Shown: positions 20,385 to 31,319, counted from the stretch's first letter. The stretch is 52,401 bases of DNA from Archaeoglobus sp. JdFR-37 (GCA_002010215.1 MTMY01000001.1:1-52401), one strand, 5' to 3'. Numbers and translations are program-made. The notes: generated by a model not told the origin, from the sequence alone.

Positions 20385-21836
20385 ATGTCGAGGATAGTCA
20401 GTACCGTAAATATTGCAATAGTCACATTGGTATTTTTGAGTGTTTTACCACTCATGTCAAGCCAAGCTGAAGCGTCAGATACAGTTTCCGTAGAGTATTC
20501 CACATATCCAGATGTAATAAAACCTGGAACAAAGGGGTACATTCAGATAAAGCTGACGAATCTGGGAACTCAGCCCATATACAACCTCCATGTGTTCCGT
20601 ATCAAGGCTGAAAACCCATTGAAGATATACGACACTCACAAGGAGGTAGGAGACCTGTATCCTGGAATGTCAAAAACCATAATATCTCGATTTGAAGTTC
20701 CTGAGAATTCTGAATCCGGGTATTACATGGTGGAAGTCATTCTGAGATCGAAATACAGCAGCAACATAGACAGTTTCAGGTTTGACATCCCCATAGAAGT
20801 CAGAGGAGAAGCCCATATAAAACTCAGTGTAACTCCCGGAGAGATCGAGTCAGATAGTCAGGTAAATCTCACTCTCGTCGTGGAAAATAGAGGTGGAGAA
20901 ATAAAGGATGTCAGGATTTCATGGAGTGGTGAGAATATTCTACCATTCACCGAAAGCTCCACTTTATACATACCTTTCATGAAATCCTGGGAATACAGAG
21001 AGATAGAGTTCAGAGTAAAGTCAACAGATCCGGGGACGGCAGTGATGACGTTCAACATTTCCTACACCGACTCGACAGGAAACCAGGTCATCGAAACTCA
21101 CACTATTGCTCTGGATGTGAAGAGCAAGGAGGAAAGCTTCCTGAAAGTCACACTCAAACCGGAAGCTCTTGAGATTGGAAAAGCTGGCAAGCTTGTATTC
21201 AGCATATCCAACGAAGGTGGCAAAGAGCTGAGAAACATTTTGCTGAGCTGGCAGAGTGAAGTTTTGCTTCCAGCATCGTCCAGCTCGGAGTTCATGGAGG
21301 TTTTGAAGCCTGGAGAAAGCCGAATAGTGTCCTTTAACGTGTTTGTGAATGAGAACGCAAATCCAGGCTATTACTCATTCCCGCTCACATTAAAGTACGA
21401 TTCCTCAGGAAAGACCAAGGTTGCAAATCGCACGTTTGCTGTGATGCTCAAAGGCGACATGTCTCTGACTACCACCCTTTTCAGGGCAGAATCCAATAAA
21501 GTCTTCATATCTATCGCAAATACCGGTAATGCTCCGGCAAAGAACCTAGTTGCCTATGCTAGCTCCGCTTATGGCAAGGCAGAGGTATTCATCGGAGACA
21601 TGGAGCCAGGAGATGAGGAGATTATAGAGGTTGATCAGATGGGGGTTGACACGTCAAAGCCCTACAACCTGACGCTGAGACTTGAGTACAGAGATGTTTT
21701 TGACAATCAGTTTGCTGAGGAGAAGGAGATAAGCGTTCACCATTTCAGACAGAGCTTCCCGGCTACACTGGCTGCAGGAGCCATAGTAGTGCTTGCATTG
21801 GTAGTTGTCGGGGTGTGGCTCTGGAAGAAAAGGTGA
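20385..21836 (+). CDS. COG1361-like surface protein with Ig-like repeats, associated with the exporter
   Basis: Signal peptide, repeated beta-rich units (LxNxG...L.PGES), C-terminal TM helix plus KKR. Confidence 0.75.
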   Translation: MSRIVSTVNIAIVTLVFLSVLPLMSSQAEASDTVSVEYSTYPDVIKPGTKGYIQIKLTNLGTQPIYNLHVFRIKAENPLKIYDTHKEVGDLYPGMSKTIISRFEVPENSESGYYMVEVILRSKYSSNIDSFRFDIPIEVRGEAHIKLSVTPGEIESDSQVNLTLVVENRGGEIKDVRISWSGENILPFTESSTLYIPFMKSWEYREIEFRVKSTDPGTAVMTFNISYTDSTGNQVIETHTIALDVKSKEESFLKVTLKPEALEIGKAGKLVFSISNEGGKELRNILLSWQSEVLLPASSSSEFMEVLKPGESRIVSFNVFVNENANPGYYSFPLTLKYDSSGKTKVANRTFAVMLKGDMSLTTTLFRAESNKVFISIANTGNAPAKNLVAYASSAYGKAEVFIGDMEPGDEEIIEVDQMGVDTSKPYNLTLRLEYRDVFDNQFAEEKEISVHHFRQSFPATLAAGAIVVLALVVVGVWLWKKR

Positions 21837-21893
21837 TGGTTCAGATATGGCTGAAGCGGAGTCGGAGCGTATAGCGTTAATCGGTGATCTCAA

Positions 21894-23024
21894 ATGGTGT
21901 CCATAGCAAGGAAGAACCTCTTCCACGAAAAAGGAAGACTGGTGATAAGCGTAGGAGGCGTGGCCTTTTCAACGATGCTCATCATGATCTTAATTGGTGT
22001 ATATTACGGAATATTCACCGAGAGCACCATGTATCTTGCCAAAACAAGAGCAGACCTCTGGGTCGGGCAGGAGGGCATACACGACACCTGGCACACATAC
22101 TCTCTCCTTCCCCGAGGTTTGGACGATGAGATAAAGCAGGTTGGTGGAGTAAAAGATGTCCATGAGTTCATCGGGAGAGCTGTGAGGGCAAAGGTGTCCA
22201 AGGTATACGACAAGGAGGAGACAATCTACATAATCGGCTTTGACACGAAAACCGGTGTAGGTGGCCCTTGGGAGGTTCTGAAGGGAAAGAAAATACCCAG
22301 AAACGGCCAAGTTATTGTGGACAGGGTCTTTGCCATAAGGAATAACATAGACATCGGAGATAAGATTGAGGTCGGAGGAGTGGAGCTCACTGTAGCTGGC
22401 ATCTCCAAAGATACTTTCGTTCTGGTCTACTCTTACGCCTTTGTGACGAAAGAGGATGCTGAGAAAATCTTCGGAGCCGAAGATTTTCTGAATTACTATA
22501 TGGTGGAGGTAGAGAACCCGTTTTTTGCAAAGAAAGTAGCTGACAACGTCAAAAGCAGGCTGGAAAGCCTCGGTGTTAAAGTGGATGTTCTGACAAAGCA
22601 GGAGTTCATTAACAACCACAAAGAGGTGATAGATGAAAGCTTCAGTGCCATACTTCTGCCACTCGTCTTTATAGGGTTTTTCATAGGCGTCACAGTCATC
22701 GGGCTGACGCTGTACACAGCAACTCTGGAAAAGATGAAGGAATACGCAATTTTGAAGGCGATAGGTGCTAATGAGGCCTTCATGACCAGAATAGTCTTAG
22801 AGCAAGCCTTCACGATTGCCATGTTGGGATTTGTTGCTGGCTCAATTCTGTCACTTGCAGCGGCTAGCTGGGTGCCAAGTGTTGCTCCAGAGTTTTACGT
22901 TGAGATTAACCTGCAGAATATCGCAATGACCTTCGCATCCATTGGGGTGATGAGTCTAGTGGCAGCCCTCATCCCAATCAGAAGGATTGAAAGAATCGAA
23001 CCTGCAACGGTCTTTCAGGCATAG
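21894..23024 (+). CDS. MacB/FtsX-family ABC permease
   Basis: N-terminal TM, large extracellular loop, EYAILKAIGA, 3 C-terminal TM. Confidence 0.88.
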   Translation: MVSIARKNLFHEKGRLVISVGGVAFSTMLIMILIGVYYGIFTESTMYLAKTRADLWVGQEGIHDTWHTYSLLPRGLDDEIKQVGGVKDVHEFIGRAVRAKVSKVYDKEETIYIIGFDTKTGVGGPWEVLKGKKIPRNGQVIVDRVFAIRNNIDIGDKIEVGGVELTVAGISKDTFVLVYSYAFVTKEDAEKIFGAEDFLNYYMVEVENPFFAKKVADNVKSRLESLGVKVDVLTKQEFINNHKEVIDESFSAILLPLVFIGFFIGVTVIGLTLYTATLEKMKEYAILKAIGANEAFMTRIVLEQAFTIAMLGFVAGSILSLAAASWVPSVAPEFYVEINLQNIAMTFASIGVMSLVAALIPIRRIERIEPATVFQA

Positions 23025-23080
23025 GGCTGGTTTAGAGAGTGATCAAAGTGATTTAAGACGGGTTTGGATGGTGAGATCAG

Positions 23081-23791
23081 ATGGATGAAAAGCTGGCTGG
23101 TGGTCAGAGACCGTTAGAAGTTAAAAATGTGACCAAAATATATGGTTCTGGGAGAACGGCTGTGAAGGCCGTTAATGGCGTTTCATTCTCAATCGACAGG
23201 GGTGAGCTGGTCTTGTTAATGGGACCATCGGGTTCTGGTAAGACGACCTTGCTCACCCTGATCAGCGGTCTGCTTAAGCCTACATCGGGCAGTATAAAGA
23301 TCGACGGTAGAGAGATAACCAGTTTAACCCAGAAAGAGCTTGCAAAACTCAGACTGGAAAAAATAGGCTTCATCTTCCAGCATTTCAACCTTTTAACCGC
23401 CTTAACAGCCCTTGAGAACGTCATGATTCCGCTGATAATCAAGGGGGTTAAGGAGAGCGAATCAAGAAAAATGGCTGCTAAACTCCTTATCAACTTCGGA
23501 TTGGAAGACAGAATGCACCACAAGCCCGAAGACCTCTCTGGAGGGGAGCAGCAGAGGGTAGCTGTTGCCAGAGCAGTGATAACAGACCCAGACATAATCA
23601 TTGCCGACGAGCCCACAGCAAATCTCGATTCGGAAAAGGGCAAGGAGGTAATGGAGCTGATTCATGCAATGGTTAAAAAGGGCAAGGCTGCAATAATAGC
23701 CAGCCACGACCCCAGAGTGGAGAGTTTCGCAGACAGAATTCTCCGGATGGAGGATGGGAGACTGAAGGATAGTGGACATAGTAGAACATGA
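23081..23791 (+). CDS. LolD/MacB-type ABC ATPase
   Basis: GPSGSGKT, LSGGEQQRVA, ADEPTANLD. Confidence 0.93.
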   Translation: MDEKLAGGQRPLEVKNVTKIYGSGRTAVKAVNGVSFSIDRGELVLLMGPSGSGKTTLLTLISGLLKPTSGSIKIDGREITSLTQKELAKLRLEKIGFIFQHFNLLTALTALENVMIPLIIKGVKESESRKMAAKLLINFGLEDRMHHKPEDLSGGEQQRVAVARAVITDPDIIIADEPTANLDSEKGKEVMELIHAMVKKGKAAIIASHDPRVESFADRILRMEDGRLKDSGHSRT

Positions 23792-24234
23792 TAGTGATGG
23801 AACGCAGAAGGGTTAGGTCCTGGCATGGACTGGAATTCACCATCGAGCTCCAAAACGGATGGGCGAAAATAGGTTTCTTTTTCCACCCTCAGCTTGCGAA
23901 CTTTTTCATGAGATATGGTTTGCCTGAAAAAGACAGAGTCGAGATGGAGATTCTCCATGAACTGGGACATATTCAGATGTTTCCTTTTGTCCTGGCTTAC
24001 TACATCCCCTTTTACCTTTCTGGCATTTCTGGAGGTTTTGAGATTGGAATTGCAACGGCAGGCATGTTCCTCTTCTGGGAAGTTCTGGCAGAAGCTTATG
24101 TTTTCTTCAAATATCGGACATACATAGAGGTTTACAGAAAAAGCATCCATCCCATCACGCTTGCCTTTTGGGCTGGAATCTTTGTTGCTGTGTTAGTTCC
24201 CTTGATTGTGCTGATCTTGCTCAGTCCAGCGTAA
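23788..24234 (+). CDS. Hypothetical membrane protein with HExxH motif
   Basis: HELGH followed by ~3 TM segments; ATGA overlap with the upstream gene. Confidence 0.6.
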   Translation: MIVMERRRVRSWHGLEFTIELQNGWAKIGFFFHPQLANFFMRYGLPEKDRVEMEILHELGHIQMFPFVLAYYIPFYLSGISGGFEIGIATAGMFLFWEVLAEAYVFFKYRTYIEVYRKSIHPITLAFWAGIFVAVLVPLIVLILLSPA

Positions 24235-26497
24235 TCCTGTCTGCATCTTGATAGGATGTCCTCATCAACCTCCTAATTTTCTCAGCAGTCTTTCTTCCTA
24301 CTTTCGGAACTTCCATGAGCTCTTCTTCACTTGCATTGGCTATTGCCTGTATCGTTCCGAAATGCTCAAGGAGGTTTCTGGCAATGACGGGGCCAATGTC
24401 ACTTATAGCAGAGACAATGTACTCCATCTGCTCTTTGAGAGTCATCTTTGTTTTTCCGGTGTGGAGAGCAACCTCCCTATCTTTAAGCTCCTGCTCTCTT
24501 CTGGTGATGGCTGCTATCAGCTCCGCCGTCTCTCTGGCATCCCTCGTAAATATTACCGGGATGCTCAGGTCAACCACGATGGATGCTATTGCTCCTCGTA
24601 CTGCGTTAGGGTGCACGTTTCGTCTGCCATACAGGTTCTCGCCCTCAATAATGAGGAGAGGCCTAATATAGCTCTTTTTCAGATTTATGAGCTGTCCGAA
24701 GAGGTCTCGTTGCCTGTTGATGAGGCTCTCAAGAAAGTCATCGACACTCTTCCTTTCAATGGCCACCCTGTCACTCACCACAAAATCAGCAACCTCAAGA
24801 TTCTGTAACCTGATGTCGAAGCCCATGCCATGCAGAACTCTTACAACTCCTCCTTTCGCTTCCCTGGAGTCGGCATAGATAGTATATTTTTGTCTGATTT
24901 CCGAAGCTTCTATGAAGTCCTCAAGACTCTTCTGCCCCTTCAAGTCTCTCTCTGCAACAAGCTTTCTCAGCCTGTCTCTCACTTCGTAAAGTCTGTCGTA
25001 CATGGCCCTCTCTTTTCTGACGCTGGCCCAGTAATATGCTTCATCTCTCGTCCCTTTAGTTATCAGGACAACTATTCTACCTTCTCTTCCTCTCCCAGTC
25101 CTCCCCCTTCTCTGTATTGCTCTTATCTCTGATGGAACAGCCTCATAGAAAACAACCAAGTCTGTGGAAGGTATGTCGAGCCCCTCCTCCCCAACACTTG
25201 TGGAAACGAGAACGTTTAACTCACCGTTCCTGAACTTCTGGAGAATTTCCACCTGCTCCTTCTGCCTCATTCCCCTGTCCTCGCCCCTGTTGGCCTGACC
25301 TATGAACTTGGCAGCTCTCACACCCTCTAATGAGTTCAGCTCTGCCAGAAGTGTGTCGGCGGTATCCCTGAAATTGGTAAAGACTATTATTCTGGAATCG
25401 GGATTTGTTCTGAGCTGCTCCAATACAACTTCCTTCAATTTCTCCAGCTTTGGATGGTCAGCTTTACAGTTCAGAGCCTTGAGGACAGCGCTTCTGAAAA
25501 GAGGGTCGGATATAAGAGATTTGGATGCTTTGCTGCCTCCTTTGCTTCTTCCCTCTACAACAAGCCTTCGGAGATAGTGCTTCAGCGCTTCCAAGCCCTG
25601 GGTTTCAATGAGTTCAATGCCGTGCTGAACCTTCAGAATCTCTGCAAGAGTAGATAGGGCTTCAAAGTACCTCGTTTCCCCAGTTTCGGCAGCTTCGCTC
25701 TGCAAAGCTTCCTGAAGAGCTAACAGCTCTTTCTTTGTGAGTTTATCAAAATCCACGTTTTCAAATACGTTGAGCTGCTTCAGCCGCTTGAACCTGAGCT
25801 TGAGGACCTCCTGAAACTTCTCAGCCACTTCTTTCAGCTCTTCTGGCATGTCAACCTTGATCCACTCAATTTTCTTCTCTCCAACGTAGGATCTGACGTC
25901 AGGGTCGTATTCAGTTCTGATTTCCATATCCTCGATACCCAGATTATCTATAACCTCCAGAATCCTTTCAGGTTCACTGCCAGGAGATGCGGTTATTCCC
26001 ATTATCAGCGGACTTTTCGATTCTTCCCTGAATTGCTTGGCTATGAAAACGTAGGAATAATTGCCAACAGCTCTGTGGGTCTCATCAAAGATTGCCAGAA
26101 TAAAATCCCTAAGATTTACTCGAGAAGAGATTATGTCATTCTCAACAACCTGAGGCGTTGAGACAATAATGGTTGCGTTTTCATAGAGCTCTTCACGCTT
26201 TTCTGGAGAGACTTCGCCACTGAGGGTTACTATTTTCTCCGCATCTATGTTGAGGGTTCTTCTCAAAAAATCAGCGTGCTGCTCCACCAGCGGCTTTGTT
26301 GGAGTAAGAAACAGCACCTTTCCATCTTCGTTGAGAAGCCTTGAGGCAATTACGAGCAGAGCAATGACAGTCTTTCCAAGACCAGTGGGGAGGATTACCA
26401 GTGTGTTCCGCATCAGGCAGGTGGCAGCTATGGCTATCTGGTAGCTCCGCCTTTCCACTGTTCTCGGTTTTATCAGAGGATGGCTGACGTACTCCAC
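24221..26497 (-). CDS. hef: Hef helicase-nuclease (FANCM/XPF-like)
   Basis: PTGLGKT, DETH, TASPG, QRRGRTGR, ERCC4 motif ERKSVDDF, C-terminal HhH. Confidence 0.95.
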   Translation of the reverse strand: MEYVSHPLIKPRTVERRSYQIAIAATCLMRNTLVILPTGLGKTVIALLVIASRLLNEDGKVLFLTPTKPLVEQHADFLRRTLNIDAEKIVTLSGEVSPEKREELYENATIIVSTPQVVENDIISSRVNLRDFILAIFDETHRAVGNYSYVFIAKQFREESKSPLIMGITASPGSEPERILEVIDNLGIEDMEIRTEYDPDVRSYVGEKKIEWIKVDMPEELKEVAEKFQEVLKLRFKRLKQLNVFENVDFDKLTKKELLALQEALQSEAAETGETRYFEALSTLAEILKVQHGIELIETQGLEALKHYLRRLVVEGRSKGGSKASKSLISDPLFRSAVLKALNCKADHPKLEKLKEVVLEQLRTNPDSRIIVFTNFRDTADTLLAELNSLEGVRAAKFIGQANRGEDRGMRQKEQVEILQKFRNGELNVLVSTSVGEEGLDIPSTDLVVFYEAVPSEIRAIQRRGRTGRGREGRIVVLITKGTRDEAYYWASVRKERAMYDRLYEVRDRLRKLVAERDLKGQKSLEDFIEASEIRQKYTIYADSREAKGGVVRVLHGMGFDIRLQNLEVADFVVSDRVAIERKSVDDFLESLINRQRDLFGQLINLKKSYIRPLLIIEGENLYGRRNVHPNAVRGAIASIVVDLSIPVIFTRDARETAELIAAITRREQELKDREVALHTGKTKMTLKEQMEYIVSAISDIGPVIARNLLEHFGTIQAIANASEEELMEVPKVGRKTAEKIRRLMRTSYQDADRITLD

Positions 26498-26643
26498 ATA
26501 ATGATGTCTTTTAAGGGCTTTAAAAAATATACGCAGACATCAGATTCCTCAGAACATTCTTCTACCTCGATTTTGTTAAAAAGCTAAGGGTAAAGCTGAG
26601 AGTCCAAAAACCTTAAGTAAAAATAATGCAGAATTTCTATGAT

Positions 26644-26754
26644 ATGGAATCGGACACAAAATGCATCCATGATCCGGCTGTGGAGTGCGTGAACAAAATG
26701 GAATGTTTCAAATGCCCCCTCTATGAAGCAATTATGACTGATTATCCTCATTAA
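26644..26754 (+). CDS. Putative 36-aa four-cysteine small protein
   Basis: MESDTKCIHDPAVECVNKMECFKCPLYEAIMTDYPH*; BRE/TATA-like AAAAACCTTAAGTA ~25 nt upstream. Confidence 0.45.
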   Translation: MESDTKCIHDPAVECVNKMECFKCPLYEAIMTDYPH

Positions 26755-26758
26755 TCCC

Positions 26759-27583
26759 TCATTGATCAATCTCTATCCCGTAAATCTTCTCAGGGTTCTC
26801 TACGCAGATTTTGTAGGCAACATCTTCATACCCTGCTTCAACCAGCTCCTTTATTTTTCTGGGAACCGTTTTGGGGCCAAGAACCGAACCAGGACGTTTA
26901 GCGTCGTCTATGTAATCGGTCTCCACCAAAAACCTGCTGCTTTTCTGAGCAGCTTTGAGCACGTTGTCGCCAGATGCGATTACCGATGGAAAAAGACCGA
27001 TTTCCTCCATCTCCTCCACAGCAGGTGGGGCGAAGTGTTTCACCACTTTCTCCCTCTTCAGCCCCTCTTTATCTGCAAGTTTCGCTATTTCTGCCATACC
27101 CTCAATAGTGAAGCTTTCAGTGTGTATCTGGACTGGACAATCAACATCCCTAGCAACGCTGAAAGCGTGCTGCAACACTTCGTTGCTGAGCTTCCAGACA
27201 TAGTCGCTCACCTCATAATGTGGCCTTCCGCTCTTGATAGCAACAGCTTTCCCTTCTGCAACATATCTGGCTGCCAGCTCAAGAGCATCCTTCATTATTT
27301 CAGCAGCGGAGTCATAGCCAAGCTTCTGTCCAATGACAGTTATCTCCGCAGGATGCACACTCAGAACTGCGTAACACCCCACAATCTGATTTCCTTTCCC
27401 CACCAGCTTTAAATGTTCCTCAAAAATATCTTTGAAGTCCTCGCCTTTCTTCGGAAATATTCCGTAATGGTGGCTGAGAAGGGAGATCAAGAAGACATGT
27501 GTCCCACCTGCCTGTTTGAACTGTTTGAGGGCTTTAAGGCGAAGGTGGTTATAGAGGTGCATGTGATTGTCGGTGACTATCAT
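26759..27583 (-). CDS. TatD-family metal-dependent hydrolase (archaeal type)
   Basis: DNHMH, VHPAE, GRPHY, QIHTE, VKHF, ETDYIDD. Confidence 0.85.
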   Translation of the reverse strand: MIVTDNHMHLYNHLRLKALKQFKQAGGTHVFLISLLSHHYGIFPKKGEDFKDIFEEHLKLVGKGNQIVGCYAVLSVHPAEITVIGQKLGYDSAAEIMKDALELAARYVAEGKAVAIKSGRPHYEVSDYVWKLSNEVLQHAFSVARDVDCPVQIHTESFTIEGMAEIAKLADKEGLKREKVVKHFAPPAVEEMEEIGLFPSVIASGDNVLKAAQKSSRFLVETDYIDDAKRPGSVLGPKTVPRKIKELVEAGYEDVAYKICVENPEKIYGIEIDQ

Positions 27584-28061
27584 GAAGTGGTGGTAAATGG
27601 TAGGGTTTTTGAGTCTAACTTTTCTGGTGTATCAATATGTCAATGAGGTGTTACCATTTTACTTTTCACACATTTTACGTATCATCCCTCAGCCCCTATA
27701 TGACCAGCCTACTTTCTTATGATTGGTAATGGCATTTTTCCTGCCAAATTTTCAGGTTCATATTCTAAACTAAACCCCCAAATGTTCAAAAATACCAGAA
27801 GCCTCCATTAAAAACAATTTCTGACTTATTCTTGCCATACCTGAGCAGACCTCTAAGGAGAAAAACATAAACATGAAGACCTGATTTTTACTTTACAGCC
27901 TTCCTTCATTCCGCATGTGTGGAACAACGATGTAGTTTTATAAGTTGGCATGCATATCTGAGTGGCGAGATTGAGAAGACTATAAATTTCCTTATTACCC
28001 ATTACGGATACGGAAATATCACAGCTCTAATGGAATACCGTAAACTATTTAATTAATTATA

Positions 28062-29369
28062 GTGATAAATATTGGGTGTATCGAAATGGGAAACGGAAGA
28101 ACACCTAGTTTAATAATTAGTTTATTTCTGATAGTTTCTATAATAGGAGTCTCGGCAGCACTTATACCACAGGAAAAAGTTAGAGTGATAATTACCGTAG
28201 ACAGAGGTTTTGACGAGAAAATAATCCCGGCTGCAGGGGGGTGGATTATAGCGAAAGGAAAGATTTTTCCAGTTGTGATTGCGGAACTCCCGGCAAAGGC
28301 AATTGAGCATATAAAGAATGCCAAGGGTGTTGCCAAGGTGGAATATGATGTGGAAGTATATGTGCTGGGTAAACCCTCAAAACCACCTGGGAAGGACAAA
28401 CAGAAACCTCAGCCACCACAGGAGATTCCATGGGGTATTAATAGGATAAAAGCTCCTGATATATGGAGCACATCTGATGGCTCAAGTAATGGTGTGATTG
28501 AAGTTGCAGTTCTGGATACTGGAATAGATCACGATCATCCCGACCTTGCAAACAACCTTGCATGGGGCGTGAGCGTTCTGCATGGCAGGATTTCAGAGAA
28601 ATCAAAAGACTATAAAGACAGGAACGGGCATGGAACGCATGTTGCTGGAACGATTGCAGCTCTGAACAATGAAATAGGTGTTGTTGGAGTTGCTCCGGGA
28701 GTGGAGCTATATGCCGTTAAAGTTCTTGGAGACAGCGGAAGCGGCTGGGTTAGTGATATAATTCTCGGAATTGAGCAGGCTTTGCTCGGACCAGATGGGA
28801 CTCTTGATAGCGATGGTGATGGAATAATAGCCGGCGATCCTGATGATGACGCCGCAGAAGTCATATCGATGAGCTTTGGAGGACCAAGCGATGTTCAGTC
28901 TCTCCATGACGCGATAGCAGAAGCTTACAACTACGGCGTAGTACTTGTAGCGGCTTCAGGAAATGATGGAGCCTCGAGTCCTAGCTACCCTGCTGCCTAT
29001 TCTGAAGTCATAGCCGTTGGTGCAACTGATTCAAACGATCAGGTAGCAGGGTGGAGTAACAGGGGGGTAGAGGTGGTAGCTCCCGGCGTTGATGTGCTCA
29101 GCACCTATCCAGATGACACATATGCAACACTGAGCGGGACATCGATGGCGACCCCGCATGTCAGCGGAGTTGTAGCGTTAATTCAGGCAGCATACTACAA
29201 TACATCCGATAGTGTTCTTCCAGTCGGAACATTTGGTGACCTTAACAATACTACTGTAAGAGGAATACTCCACATGACAGCCGAAGATCTTGGGACACCA
29301 GAATGGGATGCCGACTACGGCTATGGAATGGTCAGAGCAGATCTGGCGGTACAGACAACAACTAACTGA
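28062..29369 (+). CDS. Secreted S8 subtilisin with prodomain (Tk-subtilisin-like)
   Basis: Triad VLDTG, HGTHVAG, GTSMATPHV; acidic Ca-binding insertion DSDGDGIIAGDPDDDA. Confidence 0.93.
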   Translation: MINIGCIEMGNGRTPSLIISLFLIVSIIGVSAALIPQEKVRVIITVDRGFDEKIIPAAGGWIIAKGKIFPVVIAELPAKAIEHIKNAKGVAKVEYDVEVYVLGKPSKPPGKDKQKPQPPQEIPWGINRIKAPDIWSTSDGSSNGVIEVAVLDTGIDHDHPDLANNLAWGVSVLHGRISEKSKDYKDRNGHGTHVAGTIAALNNEIGVVGVAPGVELYAVKVLGDSGSGWVSDIILGIEQALLGPDGTLDSDGDGIIAGDPDDDAAEVISMSFGGPSDVQSLHDAIAEAYNYGVVLVAASGNDGASSPSYPAAYSEVIAVGATDSNDQVAGWSNRGVEVVAPGVDVLSTYPDDTYATLSGTSMATPHVSGVVALIQAAYYNTSDSVLPVGTFGDLNNTTVRGILHMTAEDLGTPEWDADYGYGMVRADLAVQTTTN

Positions 29370-29508
29370 TTACCCATATACATTTTTAACATCTTCTGGG
29401 TGGTTTAAGGGACAGCTATATTGAGGCACAGAGCTATTCAACAATACATTCATCATCGATTACTCTGCAATTTGGAATTTCAACGTTCCTAATGGTAGAA
29501 ACGAGATA

Positions 29509-29839
29509 GTGTTCGATTACTATCCGGACAACAATATCATAGCTGTGACCGTTGTTTGGGGTTACTTTACTAGCTCACCATCCATAATGGAGATAAAAGA
29601 GTTCGACATACTATTCAACGCCGATCCAGATAATGATGGAACTACTGAAAACACAAATGTGATGGACCTGCAGAACATAGCAACCCACGAACTAGGCCAC
29701 GGGATAGGGCTGGACGATCTCTACGAAGACATCTGCTACATGGAGACCATGTATGGTTACTCTGATTATGGAGAAGTGACTAAAAGGGGACTTGAATACA
29801 GGTGATATAGCAGGATTGCATGAGCTCTACGGAGAGTGA
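29509..29839 (+). pseudogene. Truncated, frameshifted matrixin (M10-like) metalloprotease
   Basis: HELGHGIGL and Met-turn ETMYGY; removing one G from the G-run near 29785 restores ...TKRDLNTGDIAGLHELYGE*; N-terminus missing. Confidence 0.7.
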
Positions 29840-29984
29840 GGTTTGAATTTCTCTTTTTGTGTCTGCATTTTTGCTCTTTTCCCCTCATTTTTATCTCATC
29901 ACCAAATAATAAATAGAATAAAAAATCATTTGTGCCTTCAAGTATACGATTTTAGGGCGATGAAGATGAAAAATGTTATAAATT

Positions 29985-30002
29985 ATAGCCCCGCGGGGAT
30001 TC
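29985..30002. repeat. att site (duplicated tRNA-Gln 3' end)
   Basis: ATAGCCCCGCGGGGATTC, identical to 46191-46208. Confidence 0.93.
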
Positions 30003-30047
30003 TACATCTTCAAGGTTTATAACCCACAACTGCAATGACACAGTACA

Positions 30048-31274
30048 ATGAGTGCTTTGAAGTTCCATTCGGCAGAGGGTTTACTCGATGGACAGATGAG
30101 ACTGGCAAGGAAAGAGCTACCAGAAAAGAGCTATAAGATCCTTGAGAATTTTAAAATGAGACTTCTTTCTGAAGGAATCACTAAGCTCCGGATTGTTAGA
30201 TATATCGGATTGCTTAGAAAGATCTACTCCTTGGTTCCGAGAGAATTTGATGAATGGGACGAGGAATATATCGTTGAAGTTCTTGCAAAGCTTGAGGAAA
30301 CGGATTATGAGAATTCCACAAAGAATGAGTTCAAGAAAGCCATGAAGAAGTTCATAAAGTTCTATTACGGGAAAAAGTCTGATTTACTTGATTATGTTAA
30401 ACAGACCAGGAAAAAGGATTCAAAGATCCCTGAGGTTATCAGAGAGGAGGATATTCTGAAGCTTATTGAGGTTGCAGATAATATGAGAGATAAAGCCATG
30501 ATTGCAGTTTGTTATGAGGCGGGTTTAAGAGTTGGAGAACTTGCCGGGTTGAGAATTAGAGATATTGAATTCTTCACAAATTCGACAGGTGAGATGAGGG
30601 CCAAGATAAAAGTGACTGGGAAAACCGGTGAGAGGGTTATCCCGATTGTTATGAGCGTTCCATATCTTAAAAGATGGTTGGATGAACATCCTTTTAGGGA
30701 TGATCCCAATGCCTATGTTTTTTGTTCGCTTGCAAGGATCAACTATGGTGGCATGATCTCTTATCAGAAGCTCTATGAGAAGTTTATTGAGCTTGGTAAG
30801 AAAGCGGGGCTGAAAATACGGCTTCATCCTCATACTCTCCGACATTCAAGAGCTACAGTTCTTGCCAACCATTTGACTGAGGCGCAGATGTGTGAATTCT
30901 TTGGGTGGGTTCAGGGCTCAGATATGCCACGGATCTATGTGCATCTGAGTGGCAGGGATGTGGAAAAATCAATACTCAAGCTGTATGGTCTCGAAACTGA
31001 AGAACAGAAAAAAGAAGTTGAGGCGAAGCCTAAAAAGTGCCCACGCTGTGGTTACCTGAATGCTCCAACGGACTTCTACTGTGGCAGGTGTGCTTTAATA
31101 CTGGATGAGTCAAAGCGTGTGGAGCTTGAAATGGAAGAGATGAAACTCATGAAGGAAATAATGGGGATGATGGACCCTGAAACTCTGAGAAGAGCGAAGG
31201 ATATGATTGAATTTGTTGAAAGGATGAGGGAGAATCCCGAACTGTTTAACCTTTTATTGCAGGTCAAAGGTTAG
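30048..31274 (+). CDS. int: Tyrosine integrase with C-terminal Zn ribbon
   Basis: AGLRVGEL, GKTG, HTLRHSR, PRIYVHL; CPRCG...CGRC; adjacent to att. Confidence 0.95.
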   Translation: MSALKFHSAEGLLDGQMRLARKELPEKSYKILENFKMRLLSEGITKLRIVRYIGLLRKIYSLVPREFDEWDEEYIVEVLAKLEETDYENSTKNEFKKAMKKFIKFYYGKKSDLLDYVKQTRKKDSKIPEVIREEDILKLIEVADNMRDKAMIAVCYEAGLRVGELAGLRIRDIEFFTNSTGEMRAKIKVTGKTGERVIPIVMSVPYLKRWLDEHPFRDDPNAYVFCSLARINYGGMISYQKLYEKFIELGKKAGLKIRLHPHTLRHSRATVLANHLTEAQMCEFFGWVQGSDMPRIYVHLSGRDVEKSILKLYGLETEEQKKEVEAKPKKCPRCGYLNAPTDFYCGRCALILDESKRVELEMEEMKLMKEIMGMMDPETLRRAKDMIEFVERMRENPELFNLLLQVKG

Positions 31275-31319
31275 TTTTTTAGCGGTTTTATATACTGGAA
31301 ACCTATTTTCTGTTTTAAA

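Noticed and set aside
27860..27960. Possible second C/D sRNA (ATGAAGA...CTGA) upstream of the subtilisin
   Set aside because: Box spacing is wrong and there is no convincing C'/D' pair
30048..31274. SSV1/pTN3-type integrase split by integration
   Set aside because: The att repeat lies 45 bp upstream of an intact ORF, and no integrase fragment is seen at the tRNA end
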